Positions 8,409-17,538 of a stretch of DNA of 64,000 nucleotides are shown here, piece by piece. The notes beneath the pieces were generated by a model. The model searched no databases and was not told where the DNA came from. It worked only from the letters and a program-made list of their open reading frames with translations. A program made the position numbers and the translations under genes. This DNA comes from an uncultured Gaiellales bacterium. Lineage in GTDB: Bacteria; Actinomycetota; Thermoleophilia; Gaiellales; Gaiellaceae. The DNA lies in contig CAZODN010000001.1 in the NCBI GenBank assembly GCA_964578545.1, positions 8,139 to 72,138 on the forward strand, given 5' to 3'. Each line of letters starts with the position of its first letter. Positions within the stretch are counted from its first letter, which is position 1.

Positions 8409-9379
8409 AGGCCGCAATCCGGGACCGCTTCGGCCCGCCGGCCGACGTGATCGAGATCCGCGACGTGGAGACGCCCGCGCCCGGCCCGGGCGAGCTCCTC
8501 GTCCGCGTCGAAGCGGCGGGGGCGAACATCGCCGAGTGGTACGGCGTCACGGGCCTGCCCTACGCCGGCCGCGTGATGATGGGGCTGCGGCGGCCGAAGA
8601 CGAGCGGGATTGGCGTGGACTACGCCGGACGGGTCGAAGCGGTCGGCGAGGGCGTCACGCGGTTCCGGCCCGGCGACGAGGTCTTCGGTGCCCGGAGCGG
8701 CGCCTTCGCCGAGTACCTGTGCGCCCGTGAGGACCGGGCCGTCATGCCGAAGCCCGCGAGCCTGACGTTCGAGGAGGCGGCGTCGGTGGCGACCGCGGCG
8801 ACGACGGCGCTGCAGGGGCTTCGCGACAAGGGCGGGCTCGAGGCGGGGCAGCACGTCCTCGTCAACGGGGCGTCGGGAGGCGTCGGCACGTTCGCCGTGC
8901 AGATGGCGAAGGCGTTCGGCGCCGAGGTGACCGGCGTGTGCAGCACCGGGAACGTGGAGCTCGTCCGCTCGCTCGGCGCCGACCACGTCGTCGACTACAC
9001 GCGCGAGGACGTCACCCGGGGCGGCCGCAGCTACGACCTCGTCCTCGACATCGCCGGGACGAGGCCGTGGCGGGAGTGGAAGCAGGTCCTCGCGCCGCAC
9101 GGCACCTTCGTCATCGTCGGGGCGCCGATGGGCGGCAGGCTGCTCGGGCCCCTGCGGCGCATCGTGCGCCTGCGCCTCGCGTCGCTCGGCGGCAGCCGCA
9201 AGGTCGTCTTCTTCGTCGCGAGGCTGAACCGGGAGTCGATGGAGGCCCTGGCGGAGCTGCTCGAGCCCGGGACGGTGAAGCCGGTCGTCGGACGCACGTA
9301 TCCGCTGAGCGAGATCGCCGAGGCCCTCGACCACGTGAGCCTGGGGCACGTGCGAGGAAAGGTCGTGATCGATGTCTAG
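8405..9379 (+). CDS. Second MDR-family quinone oxidoreductase (tandem paralog)
   Basis: In-frame tail of track ORF 7613..9379 from ATG 8405: MKAAIRDRFGPPADVIEIRDVETPAPGPGELLVRVEAAG...VNGASGGVGTFAVQMAK...GKVVIDV. It has an ATGA overlap with the upstream stop. Confidence 0.85.
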   Translation: MKAAIRDRFGPPADVIEIRDVETPAPGPGELLVRVEAAGANIAEWYGVTGLPYAGRVMMGLRRPKTSGIGVDYAGRVEAVGEGVTRFRPGDEVFGARSGAFAEYLCAREDRAVMPKPASLTFEEAASVATAATTALQGLRDKGGLEAGQHVLVNGASGGVGTFAVQMAKAFGAEVTGVCSTGNVELVRSLGADHVVDYTREDVTRGGRSYDLVLDIAGTRPWREWKQVLAPHGTFVIVGAPMGGRLLGPLRRIVRLRLASLGGSRKVVFFVARLNRESMEALAELLEPGTVKPVVGRTYPLSEIAEALDHVSLGHVRGKVVIDV

Positions 9380-10220
9380 CGTGGCCATGGAGACGCTCGT
9401 CACCCCGGAGTGGCTGAGCGCGCACCTCGACGACGAGGACCTCGTCGTCCTCGACTGCACCGTGAACGTCGGCCAGGACTTCCGGGCCGTCAGCGGGCGC
9501 GCCGACTACGAGGCCGGCCACGTTCCGGGCGCCGCCTTCGCGGACCTGCTGGACGACCTCTCGGACCCCTCGAGCCCGTTCGAGACGGCCATGCCGACGC
9601 CGGAGCGGTTCTGCACGACGATGGGCGCGCTCGGCGTCGGCGACGACGCGCGCGTCGTCCTCTACGACGGGACCATGTCGATCTGGGCGGCGCGGGTCTG
9701 GTGGATGCTGCGCTGGGTCGGCTTCGACCGCGCCGCGCTCCTCGACGGCGGGCTCGTCGCCTGGGAGCTCGCCGACCTCCCGCTCTCCACGGAGCCCGCC
9801 GACCGGCCCGCGAGGACGCTCACCCCCGCGCTCCGGCCCGGGCTGATCGCCGACCGGGAGGAGGTGCTCGCGGCGATCGACGACCCGTCGGTGCACCTCG
9901 TGGACACGCTCATGGCCGAGCACTACCGCGGCGACTGGACGATGTACGCGCGCCCCGGGCACATCCCCGGCGCGACCAACGTCTCCGCGCTGGACCTGTT
10001 CGACGAGAGGGGGCGCTTCCGGCCCGACGACGAGCTGGCCACGCTCCTCGACGGCGACCGGGCCGCCCGCCACATCACCTACTGCGGCGGCGGCATCGCG
10101 GCGTCGGCGAACGCGTTCGCCATGACCCGGGTCGGCTTCACCGACGTCGCGGTCTACGCCGCCTCGCTCCAGGAATGGGCAGCCGACCCCGCGTGCCCGC
10201 TGGTCGTCGGCGAGCCCTGA
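9372..10220 (+). CDS. Sulfurtransferase with two rhodanese domains
   Basis: TPEWLSAHLDDEDLVVLDC...GHVPGAAF...GHIPGATNV...YCGGGIAASANAF contains an active-site Cys loop. Confidence 0.85.
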   Translation: MSSVAMETLVTPEWLSAHLDDEDLVVLDCTVNVGQDFRAVSGRADYEAGHVPGAAFADLLDDLSDPSSPFETAMPTPERFCTTMGALGVGDDARVVLYDGTMSIWAARVWWMLRWVGFDRAALLDGGLVAWELADLPLSTEPADRPARTLTPALRPGLIADREEVLAAIDDPSVHLVDTLMAEHYRGDWTMYARPGHIPGATNVSALDLFDERGRFRPDDELATLLDGDRAARHITYCGGGIAASANAFAMTRVGFTDVAVYAASLQEWAADPACPLVVGEP

Positions 10221-10244
10221 GACAGCGGCTCCGCGAAAACCCGG

Positions 10245-11660
10245 ATGCCCCGGGAGGCGTCGCACGGTAGACAGCGAGCGGTGTTCGAGACGATCTTCGA
10301 GCCGTTCCGGATCCACTCCGTCGAACCGCTCCGCATGACGACGCCGGAGCACCGGCGGCAGGCGATCGCGGAGGTCGGCTTCAACCTCTTCGCGCTCCAC
10401 GCGGACGACGTCCTCATCGACCTCCTCACCGACTCGGGCACGGGAGCCATGTCCCGCGACCAGTGGGCGGCGATCCAGCACGGCGACGAGAGCTACGCGG
10501 GATCGCCCTCCTGGTACACGTTCCTCGCCGCGGTCCGAGAGCTCTTCCCGTTCGAGCACGTGATCCCGACCCACCAGGGGCGCGCGGCCGAGAAGATCCT
10601 GTTCGCGGCCATCGGCGGTCCCGGGAAGGTCGTCCCCAACAACACGCACTTCGACACGACCCGCGCGAACGTCGAGTACACGGGGGCGGAGGCGGTCGAC
10701 CTCGTCGTGCCGGAGGGGCTCGACCCCGCGAGCGAGCACCCGTTCAAGGGGAACATGGACGTCGCGGCGCTCGAGGCGCTCTTGTCCGAGCGAGGCGCGG
10801 AGAACGTGCCGGTCGTGTTCGTCACCGTGACGAACAACTCTGGCGGCGGGCAGCCCGTGTCGCTCGAGAACCTCCGCGCCGTGCGGGCGGTCTGCGACCG
10901 CCACGGCGTTCCCCTCTTCCTCGACGCCTGCCGGTTCGCCGAGAACGCGTGGTTCATTCGCGAGCGGGAGCCCGGCCAGGGCGAGCGGACGGTCGCGGAC
11001 ATCGTCCGTGAGATGGCCTCGCTCGCCGACGGGATGACGATCAGCGCGAAGAAGGACCCGCTCGCGAACATCGGCGGCTGGCTGGCGCTGAACGATCCCG
11101 ACCTCGCGGAGCGCTGCCGGAACCTCCTCATCCTCACCGAGGGGTTCCCGACCTACGGCGGCCTCGCCGGCCGCGATCTGGAGGCGATCGCGCAGGGGCT
11201 CCGGGAGGCCGTGAACCACGACTACCTCCGCTACCGCATCGGCTCGACCGCCTACCTCGGCGACGGCGTGTCGCGCGCGGGCGTGCCGATCGTGCACCCG
11301 GTCGGCGGGCACGCGGTGTACCTCGACGCGCGGGCGCTCCTCCCCCACGTCCCGCCTCTCGAGTACCCCGGCCAGGCGCTCGCCGTCGCCCTCTACGAGA
11401 CCGGAGGCATCCGCGGGTGCGAGATCGGGACGGTCATGTTCGGCCGCCACCCCGACGGCAGTGAGCACCCGGCTCCGCTCGACCTCGTGCGGCTCGCGAT
11501 CCCGCGGCGCACGTACACGCAGAGCCACCTGGACTACGTGATCGAGGTGTGCGCGTTCGTCGCCGCGCGGGCGGCCGAGCTGCAGGGGTTCCGGATCGTG
11601 GAGCAGTCCCCGCAGCTCCGCCACTTCACGGCGCGGTTCGAGCGGCTGGGCGGGGCGTAG
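10245..11660 (+). CDS. Tryptophanase / tyrosine phenol-lyase family PLP-dependent beta-eliminating lyase
   Basis: FEPFRIHSVEPLRMTTPEHRRQAIAEVGFNLFALHADDVLIDLLTDSGTGAMS...THQGRAAE...SAKKDPLANIGGWLA includes the PLP-lysine block. The start may instead be GTG 10281. Confidence 0.85.
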   Translation: MPREASHGRQRAVFETIFEPFRIHSVEPLRMTTPEHRRQAIAEVGFNLFALHADDVLIDLLTDSGTGAMSRDQWAAIQHGDESYAGSPSWYTFLAAVRELFPFEHVIPTHQGRAAEKILFAAIGGPGKVVPNNTHFDTTRANVEYTGAEAVDLVVPEGLDPASEHPFKGNMDVAALEALLSERGAENVPVVFVTVTNNSGGGQPVSLENLRAVRAVCDRHGVPLFLDACRFAENAWFIREREPGQGERTVADIVREMASLADGMTISAKKDPLANIGGWLALNDPDLAERCRNLLILTEGFPTYGGLAGRDLEAIAQGLREAVNHDYLRYRIGSTAYLGDGVSRAGVPIVHPVGGHAVYLDARALLPHVPPLEYPGQALAVALYETGGIRGCEIGTVMFGRHPDGSEHPAPLDLVRLAIPRRTYTQSHLDYVIEVCAFVAARAAELQGFRIVEQSPQLRHFTARFERLGGA

Positions 11661-11669
11661 AGCGCGACG

Positions 11670-12167
11670 CTACGCCTGGAGGTGCGCCTCCACGAACCAG
11701 AGGTGCTTGTCGATCGCCCGCGAGACCTCGGTGAAGAGGTCGGCGGTGTCCTGGTCGCCCAGCTCGTCGGCCGTGTCGCTCGCCTCGCGCACGTGCGCGC
11801 CGAAGGTCGCGAGCCGGTCCGCGACGACCTCGACGGTCTCCTTCCCCGCGACGGCGTCGAGCGGGTACTCGTCGAGCGTCGTCGCCTCCGCCGCCAGGCG
11901 CGCGGTGCCGAGAGCGAGCCCGCCGAGCGCGGTCGCGCGCTCCGCGATCATGTCCACGAACTCGAGCACGGACTCCGCGACGTCGTCGTAGAGGGCATGG
12001 AGCTGGATGAAGTCGCTGCCCTTCACGTTCCAGTGGGCCTGCTTGAGCTGCGAGTAGAGGTCGAAGCTGTCCGCGAGGCGCGCGTTCAAGAGCTCGACGA
12101 GCTTCGTCCGCGCCTCCTCGGGGATGTCGATGCGCGTCTCGAACGCGCGGATGGCCTGCGTGGTCAT
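11670..12167 (-). CDS. dps: Dps family DNA starvation/stationary phase protection protein (165 aa)
   Basis: From ATG 12167: MTTQAIRAFETRIDIPEEARTKLVELLNARLADSFDLYSQLKQAHWNVKGSDFIQLHALYDD...DELGDQDTADLFTEVSRAIDKHLWFVEAHL. An AAAGGGAG Shine-Dalgarno sequence lies upstream. The longer track ORF has an implausible N-terminus. Confidence 0.9.
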   Translation of the reverse strand: MTTQAIRAFETRIDIPEEARTKLVELLNARLADSFDLYSQLKQAHWNVKGSDFIQLHALYDDVAESVLEFVDMIAERATALGGLALGTARLAAEATTLDEYPLDAVAGKETVEVVADRLATFGAHVREASDTADELGDQDTADLFTEVSRAIDKHLWFVEAHLQA

Positions 12168-12227
12168 CGCACTCCCTTTCGGTCGGATTCGTCCCGATTG
12201 TCGCGGACCGGGCATGATGCGCGTCCC

Positions 12228-12506
12228 GTGACCGCCGGCGCCTGCACGCACCTCGACTCCGTCCACGTCCGGGAGCTCCCACCCGCCCCACTCGCGTGCG
12301 AGGAGTGCCAGAAGATCGGATCTCCCTGGGTGCACCTGCGCATGTGCCTCACGTGCGGCAAGGTCGGCTGCTGCGACAACTCGCCGAGCCGGCACGCGAC
12401 GGGGCACTTCCGCGAGACCGGGCACCCGCTGATCCGCTCGGCGGAGTCGAACGAGAGCTGGTCGTGGTGCTTCGTGGACGAGGTCGCCTTCGTCCTGCGC
12501 GGCTGA
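12228..12506 (+). CDS. UBP-type zinc-finger protein (about 92 aa)
   Basis: From GTG 12228: TAGACTHLDSVHVRELPPAPLACEECQKIGSPWVHLRMCLTCGKVGCCDNSPSRHATGHFRETGHPLIRS...WSWCFVD carries the zf-UBP Cys/His pattern. Confidence 0.7.
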   Translation: MTAGACTHLDSVHVRELPPAPLACEECQKIGSPWVHLRMCLTCGKVGCCDNSPSRHATGHFRETGHPLIRSAESNESWSWCFVDEVAFVLRG

Positions 12507-12512
12507 CCGCGC

Positions 12513-12779
12513 TCAGGCCGCCGACGTCAGGTCCTCCGGTCCGATGAGGTCGACGGGGTGAGCCGCGTCCGGGTGCCTCTCGAGCACGTGCTCCCGTGCG
12601 TACCGGTGCACGAGCACCGGGACGAACGCGTCGATCCGCGCCGTCTCGAGCAGCTCCTGCGCCGTCGCCTCGACCTCGGCGGCGAGCTCCTCCTCGGGGA
12701 CGGTCGGGAACTCCGCATGCAGGGCGACGGGAATCCGCATGAGCTTGTCCTCGGTGCGTTCGTGAACGTGCATCGTCAT
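12513..12779 (-). CDS. Small helical protein homologous to the N-terminal extension of the ArsC-like protein at 24331
   Basis: MTMHVHERTEDKLMRIPVALHAEFPTVPEEELAAEVEATAQELLETARIDAFVPVLVHRYAREHVLE aligns by eye with ...ALQDEFAGTFSKETIQRFLTESVDLLGESKINVFVPVLAYRFARERL of 24331..24978. A GAGGAGAGG Shine-Dalgarno sequence lies upstream of ATG 12779. Confidence 0.6.
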   Translation of the reverse strand: MTMHVHERTEDKLMRIPVALHAEFPTVPEEELAAEVEATAQELLETARIDAFVPVLVHRYAREHVLERHPDAAHPVDLIGPEDLTSAA

Positions 12780-12914
12780 GTGTCGACCTCTCCTCGTCGA
12801 ATGTCTCCCGTAGAGTCGCTCGTGGCCGACCGGGCGGGAATCGGCGTCTCCTCGGAGAGGCATCCCGGAGAACTATGGATTGCGGCGACCGACCGCCGGC
12901 GCGCGACGTCCGGC

Positions 12915-12920
12915 TAGATT
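12915..12920 (+). promoter_or_regulatory. -10-like TAGATT, 6 nt upstream of ATG 12927 (leaderless-type promoter)
   Basis: TAGATTCCGCAC is followed directly by the ATG. Confidence 0.4.
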
Positions 12921-12926
12921 CCGCAC

Positions 12927-13613
12927 ATGCCGCTCAGGGAGATCGTGCCGCCCGTCGCGGGCTCCGAGCTCGCGCTCTCGGAGGTGAGGCTCGCGGAGCC
13001 CGACACCGAGGTGCTCGGAGACGCCGATCGCGACACGCTCGTCTACGTCTTCGCCGGCTCGGGCCTGCTCGCGCTGAACGGCGAGACGTGGCCCGTCGCG
13101 TCGGGCGCGGCCGGGCTCGTCCTGGCCGGGGAGCAGGGACGGCTCGAGGCGGTCGAGGGCGAGCTCGCGGCGATCGTCGCGACGGTCGGTCCCGACACCG
13201 ACCGCCACGCGCCGATCGGGGCGCGCGAGGCCGTCGCGCGCCTCAACCATGCCGGGTCGGAGCAGGCGACGGGCGCGCGCTCGTTCCAGATCCTCCTCGG
13301 GCCGCACAACGGCTCGACGCGGGCGACGCTCTTCGCCGGGTACATCCCGCCGGGCAAGGCGCCGTGGCACTACCACCTGTACGACGAGATCGTCTGGGTT
13401 CCCGAGGGCCCCGGCCGCCTGCACATCGGCGACCGAACGCAGGAGCTCGGACCGGGCTCGGCCTTCCGCCTCCGGCCCCGGCAGGTGCACATCGTCGAGA
13501 ACACGAGCGCCCACCGTGAGCTGACCGTCCTCGGGATCTTTACGCCGGCGGGGAGCCCGTCGGCCGCCTACCTCACGCCGGACGTGGCCGCCGAGTACCG
13601 CTTCGCCGGGTAG
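12927..13613 (+). CDS. Cupin domain protein (two cupin-like halves)
   Basis: 228 aa. The C-terminal half, GARSFQILLGPHNGSTRATLFAGYIPPGKAPWHYHLYDEIVWVPEGPGRLHIG...LRPRQVHIVEN, has the cupin motif pattern. Confidence 0.75.
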   Translation: MPLREIVPPVAGSELALSEVRLAEPDTEVLGDADRDTLVYVFAGSGLLALNGETWPVASGAAGLVLAGEQGRLEAVEGELAAIVATVGPDTDRHAPIGAREAVARLNHAGSEQATGARSFQILLGPHNGSTRATLFAGYIPPGKAPWHYHLYDEIVWVPEGPGRLHIGDRTQELGPGSAFRLRPRQVHIVENTSAHRELTVLGIFTPAGSPSAAYLTPDVAAEYRFAG

Positions 13614-13615
13614 GC

Positions 13616-14668
13616 GTGGCGCTCTCGACCCCCGTCGCCTGGTCGGACGCGCACCGCCTGCACGGCCCCGCGAGCGCCGTCTGGGTCGGCCTCGCGATCC
13701 CGAACGACGAGACCCCGGAGCGCGCCGACGCCATCCGTGGCGCCCTCGTAGAGGCCGGCGCGGAGGTCGTCCCCGCGGCCGCCCACGCGGACGACGCGCT
13801 GCTCGCCGTCCACGACGCCGGCCTCGTGGAGTTCCTCAGGACCGCGTGGGACGACTGGGCCGAGGCGGGCTACCCGGACGACCCGGGACAGGGCGACGTG
13901 GTCGGCTACCTCTTCCCGACGCCGGGCTTCCTCGCGGGCCTCGAGCCGCGAGTGCCCGCGTCGCTCGCAGCCCGAACCGGCGCGTGGGCGTACGACACGA
14001 TGACGGTCGTCGGGCGCGGCACGTGGGAGGCCGCGCGGGCAGCCGTCGACACGGCGCTGACCGCGGCCGACCTCGTCCTCGACGGCGCGCGCGCGGCGTA
14101 CGCCTGCTGCCGCCCGCCCGGCCACCACGTCACGCGCTCCGCCTTCGGCGGCTCCTGCTACCTGAACAACGCCGCCGTCGCCGCCCAGCACCTCCGCGAC
14201 CAGCGCTTCGCGCGCGTCGCGATCCTCGACCTCGACGCGCACCACGGGAACGGCGCGCAGGCGATCTTCGCCGAGCGCAACGACGTCCTCACCGGCTCGG
14301 TGCACGTGAACCCGGCGCACGGCTGGTTCCCGCACTTCCTCGGGTTCGCGGACGAGAGTGGGCCTACGAACCTGAACGTACCCCTGTCGCCCGGCGCCCG
14401 CGACGACGCCTGGCTCGAGGGAGTCGCACAGCTCGTCGGCGCCGCGAACCGGCACGAGAGCGAGGCCCTCGTCGTGCCGCTCGGCGTGGACGCGGCGGCA
14501 GAGGACCCGAACGCGCCACTCGAGGTCACGGAGGCGGGCTTCCGAGAGGCGGGCCGTCTCCTCGGCGCCCTCGGGCTCCCCACCGTCTTCGTCCAGGAGG
14601 GGGGCTACGTCGTCGAGACGGTCGGGGCGCTCGTCCGCGCCGTGCTCGAGGGCTTCGAGGACGGGTGA
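13616..14668 (+). CDS. Histone deacetylase family protein (acetoin utilisation / acetylpolyamine amidohydrolase-like)
   Basis: CRPPGHHVTRSAFGGSCYLNNAAV...ILDLDAHHGNGAQAIF...VPLGVDAA carries the HDAC-family catalytic motifs. Confidence 0.85.
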   Translation: MALSTPVAWSDAHRLHGPASAVWVGLAIPNDETPERADAIRGALVEAGAEVVPAAAHADDALLAVHDAGLVEFLRTAWDDWAEAGYPDDPGQGDVVGYLFPTPGFLAGLEPRVPASLAARTGAWAYDTMTVVGRGTWEAARAAVDTALTAADLVLDGARAAYACCRPPGHHVTRSAFGGSCYLNNAAVAAQHLRDQRFARVAILDLDAHHGNGAQAIFAERNDVLTGSVHVNPAHGWFPHFLGFADESGPTNLNVPLSPGARDDAWLEGVAQLVGAANRHESEALVVPLGVDAAAEDPNAPLEVTEAGFREAGRLLGALGLPTVFVQEGGYVVETVGALVRAVLEGFEDG

Positions 14669-14678
14669 CCCCGAGTGA

Positions 14679-15842
14679 CTACGCGGACTTGAGGGAGCGC
14701 CGGACCTCGCGGAGCCGCGCGCTCTCGACCGCGATCGCCGCCACCAGGAGGGCGACGACGGCGCCGAGGGTCACGATCGCGTCGACGCCGTCGAGCGCCA
14801 CGGCGAGCGCGACCGCCGCCACGGCCGCAGCGACACGCTCCCAGGCGACGGCCCGGACGACGCGGAGCCGCATGAGCACGAGGCCGAGCAGGAAGAGCGC
14901 GACGCCGAGCCCGAGCGCCCAGCGGCCTGCGTCCGACAGCGGGTCACGCGGGTGCGCGAGCGTCTTCTCGGCCGCGACGGCGTAGAAGATGATCCCGAGG
15001 ACGATCGGGAAGTGGAAGTACGTGAAGACGTCCCGCGCGAACCTTCCTCGGTCCTCGGGCCGCGTGGCCGCGAACGAGCGCGCGACCGAGACCGCCGTCA
15101 CGTCGAAGTACGTCCACCAGAGCGAGACGACGCCGGCGAAGGCCACGACGACCGAGAGGGCGAAGGTCCAGTCCCGCGCGAGCCCGGCCGCGCCGATCCC
15201 GATCGCGACGATCGACTCCCCGAGCGCGATGATCACGATGAGGGCGAAGCGCTCCGCGAAGTGCGAGGCCGAGACCTTCCACCCCGCGCGGGCGACGGTG
15301 AGCGTGCCCGTCACGTCGATCGCGAGCGAGGCGAGCCACACCCACGGCCGGAGGTCGCTGTCCACGAACCCGCCCGCGAGGGCGACGAACGCGGCGACGA
15401 GGAACCAGGGGCCGAGCCTCAACGTCGCCCTGAGCTGCACCGGATCGTGGCGGACGCCCCAGCTGAAGAGGGCCGAGTTGAGGACGCGCACGACGAAGTA
15501 CGCGACCGCGAACCACGCCCCCTCGTCCGCGTACGCATCCGGTACGGCGAGCGCCATGAAGAAGCCGGCGGCCATCGCAGCGAAGACGAGCAGCCGGGTC
15601 ACGATGTTCTCGATGTCGATCGCGTTCGTCATCCACGTGTACGCGGACCACGCCCACCACACCATCGCCAGGACGAGCGCCGCCCTGGCGAACCCCGCCG
15701 CGCTCGTGTCCTCGAGGATGAGCGCCGTAACCTGGGTGAAGGCGAAGACGAACACGAGGTCGAAGAAGAGCTCGAGGTAGCTCGTCTTCCGCTCTTCCTC
15801 CTCGACCGTCGCCTCGGCGACGAGCCGCGAGAGGTCGCTCAT
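14679..15842 (-). CDS. Low temperature requirement A (LtrA) family membrane protein
   Basis: C-terminal 387 codons of track ORF 14679..18068, from ATG 15842: MSDLSRLVAEATVEEEERKTSYLELFFDLVFVFAFTQVT... followed by multiple TM segments. It has an ATGA overlap with the upstream peptidase stop. Confidence 0.8.
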   Translation of the reverse strand: MSDLSRLVAEATVEEEERKTSYLELFFDLVFVFAFTQVTALILEDTSAAGFARAALVLAMVWWAWSAYTWMTNAIDIENIVTRLLVFAAMAAGFFMALAVPDAYADEGAWFAVAYFVVRVLNSALFSWGVRHDPVQLRATLRLGPWFLVAAFVALAGGFVDSDLRPWVWLASLAIDVTGTLTVARAGWKVSASHFAERFALIVIIALGESIVAIGIGAAGLARDWTFALSVVVAFAGVVSLWWTYFDVTAVSVARSFAATRPEDRGRFARDVFTYFHFPIVLGIIFYAVAAEKTLAHPRDPLSDAGRWALGLGVALFLLGLVLMRLRVVRAVAWERVAAAVAAVALAVALDGVDAIVTLGAVVALLVAAIAVESARLREVRRSLKSA

Positions 15843-17428
15843 GCGGCCGACACCGCCCGGTGCAGCCACTCGACGGAGAACGGGGCGCCGGTCGCGCGCT
15901 GGACGAGGCGATCCCACCGAATCGACTCCCCCGGCGCGAACAGGCGCTCGCACAGCAGGGCGGCGGCCTCGGGACGGTCGACGATCCCGCCCGCGGACTC
16001 CCGAAGCGCGCCCTCGAGCTGCAGGGCGACGATCGCCCCGTAGAGGTAGGTGTGGTAGTAGACCGGCGCCGTGGCGACGTGGATCTTCGCCGCCCAGTCG
16101 GGGGCGCTGCGGCCGTCGGGCGGTGTCACGAGCTGGTAGCGGGAGACGAGCTCCCACCAGGTCGCGTCGAGGTCGCCGTCGGGGTCGGCGTAGAGCGCGC
16201 GCTCGAACGCGTTCATCACGAGCACCCAGCGCGTGAAGACGAGCAGCCCGGCGGCCCGAGCGACGCGCAGCGGCCCCGCGAGCCGGGATGCCTCGTCGCG
16301 ATCGACCCCGCGCACGCGCTCGAGCCACTCCGGGTCCCCGGCGAGCGCGCCGAACAGCAGAGCGGAGGCCTCGGTCGCGACGAGGTGGGTGCTCCGGAAG
16401 AGCCACGGGAGGTCGTCGGCGAAGCCGAGGTCGTAGACGGCGTGCCCGAGCTCGTGGAGCATCGTGTCCGCCCAGTCGTGGTTCGGGACGACGTTGGCAA
16501 GCACGCGGACGTCGCCGGCGCGGTCGATGTCGATGCAGAACGCGTGCTGGCACTTGCCCGCGCGCGGGTAGAGGTCGCTGCGCCCGAGGACACCGGCGAC
16601 GTCGATCTCGATGCCCTCGAAGGTACGGCGTGAGAGCGCGACGACGTCCTCCCCCTCGAAGTACGGGTCGAGGTCGACCGACCCGTCCGCGGGCCGCTCT
16701 TGGAAGAACGGGTCCGCGTAGTGCCAGGGGCGGAGCTCCGAGACGGACGTGCCGAAGCGCGTCGCGAGCCGCTCGTCGAGCCCCGCCTTCCAACGCGCGA
16801 ACGGCTCGGCGGTCACCCGGTCGGCGTCGGCGAGCATCGCGATCAGCTTCGCCTCGTCGAGCTCGTCCGTCGCGAGCGAGAGCGCGAACCAGTCCCGGTG
16901 CCCGAGCGCGCGCGCCGCCTCGTTGCGGAGCCGCGCGAGCTCCCGGACGTCGTCGGCGACGGCCCCTCCGACCGTCTTCGACGCCTCCCACGCCTCTCGC
17001 CGCTCCGCCGGGTCGTCGCTCTCGCGCAGGATGCGGTTGATCTCGTTGTCGTCCACCTCGACGCCGCGCACCACGCCCCGATGCCGGGAGAAGCGCGCCT
17101 CCACCGCCGACTCGAGCTCCACGATCCGGGCGCGGAGCCCGGCCGGAACCTGGTGCGCGAGCATGACGTTCCGGGCGAGCTCGAGCCGCCGGCGCACGGT
17201 CGTGTCGGGCTCGACCTCGAGCGCGCGCCCGACGGCCTCGAAGACACCGGCGTCCGCGAGCGCGTCCGACCAAGCGAGCTCGGTCGCGGCACGCGCGCGC
17301 TCGTTCGCCTCCGATGCATCGAGCTGCGACTCCCACCAGGCGAGCGCGCGGGCGAGCGCGAGCGGCTGCCACTCGGCCTCGACCGACGCCGCGAGCGCCT
17401 CGGCCGACGTTCCCGACCCACTCGTCAT
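15839..17428 (-). CDS. Clan MA zinc metallopeptidase (M2/M3/M32-like, HELGH motif)
   Basis: ...CQHAFCIDIDRAGDVRVLANVVPNHDWADTMLHELGHAVYDLGF... carries HExxH. The preferred start is ATG 17428 (MTSGSGTSAEAL); the track start is 17491. Confidence 0.8.
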   Translation of the reverse strand: MTSGSGTSAEALAASVEAEWQPLALARALAWWESQLDASEANERARAATELAWSDALADAGVFEAVGRALEVEPDTTVRRRLELARNVMLAHQVPAGLRARIVELESAVEARFSRHRGVVRGVEVDDNEINRILRESDDPAERREAWEASKTVGGAVADDVRELARLRNEAARALGHRDWFALSLATDELDEAKLIAMLADADRVTAEPFARWKAGLDERLATRFGTSVSELRPWHYADPFFQERPADGSVDLDPYFEGEDVVALSRRTFEGIEIDVAGVLGRSDLYPRAGKCQHAFCIDIDRAGDVRVLANVVPNHDWADTMLHELGHAVYDLGFADDLPWLFRSTHLVATEASALLFGALAGDPEWLERVRGVDRDEASRLAGPLRVARAAGLLVFTRWVLVMNAFERALYADPDGDLDATWWELVSRYQLVTPPDGRSAPDWAAKIHVATAPVYYHTYLYGAIVALQLEGALRESAGGIVDRPEAAALLCERLFAPGESIRWDRLVQRATGAPFSVEWLHRAVSAA

Positions 17429-17538
17429 CGGGCAGGAGCCTACCCGCCGCCGCGCAGGTCGCAATGGATCGAGATCTTCCCTGGAAATCAACCACTTTTC
17501 TCCCCACGTCGGCCCGTGCCTGCGGCACGCTGACGGCG

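Noticed and set aside
9111-11624. 837-aa antisense ORF opposite the sulfurtransferase and tryptophanase-like genes. The same class includes 19352..22282(-) 976 aa, 51690..54170(-) 826 aa, 52151..54439(+) 762 aa and 62234..63889(-) 551 aa
   Set aside because: All lie antisense or out of frame to genes with unambiguous family signatures. All are Arg/Gly/Pro/Asp-rich low-complexity translations, with no Shine-Dalgarno sequence or promoter context.
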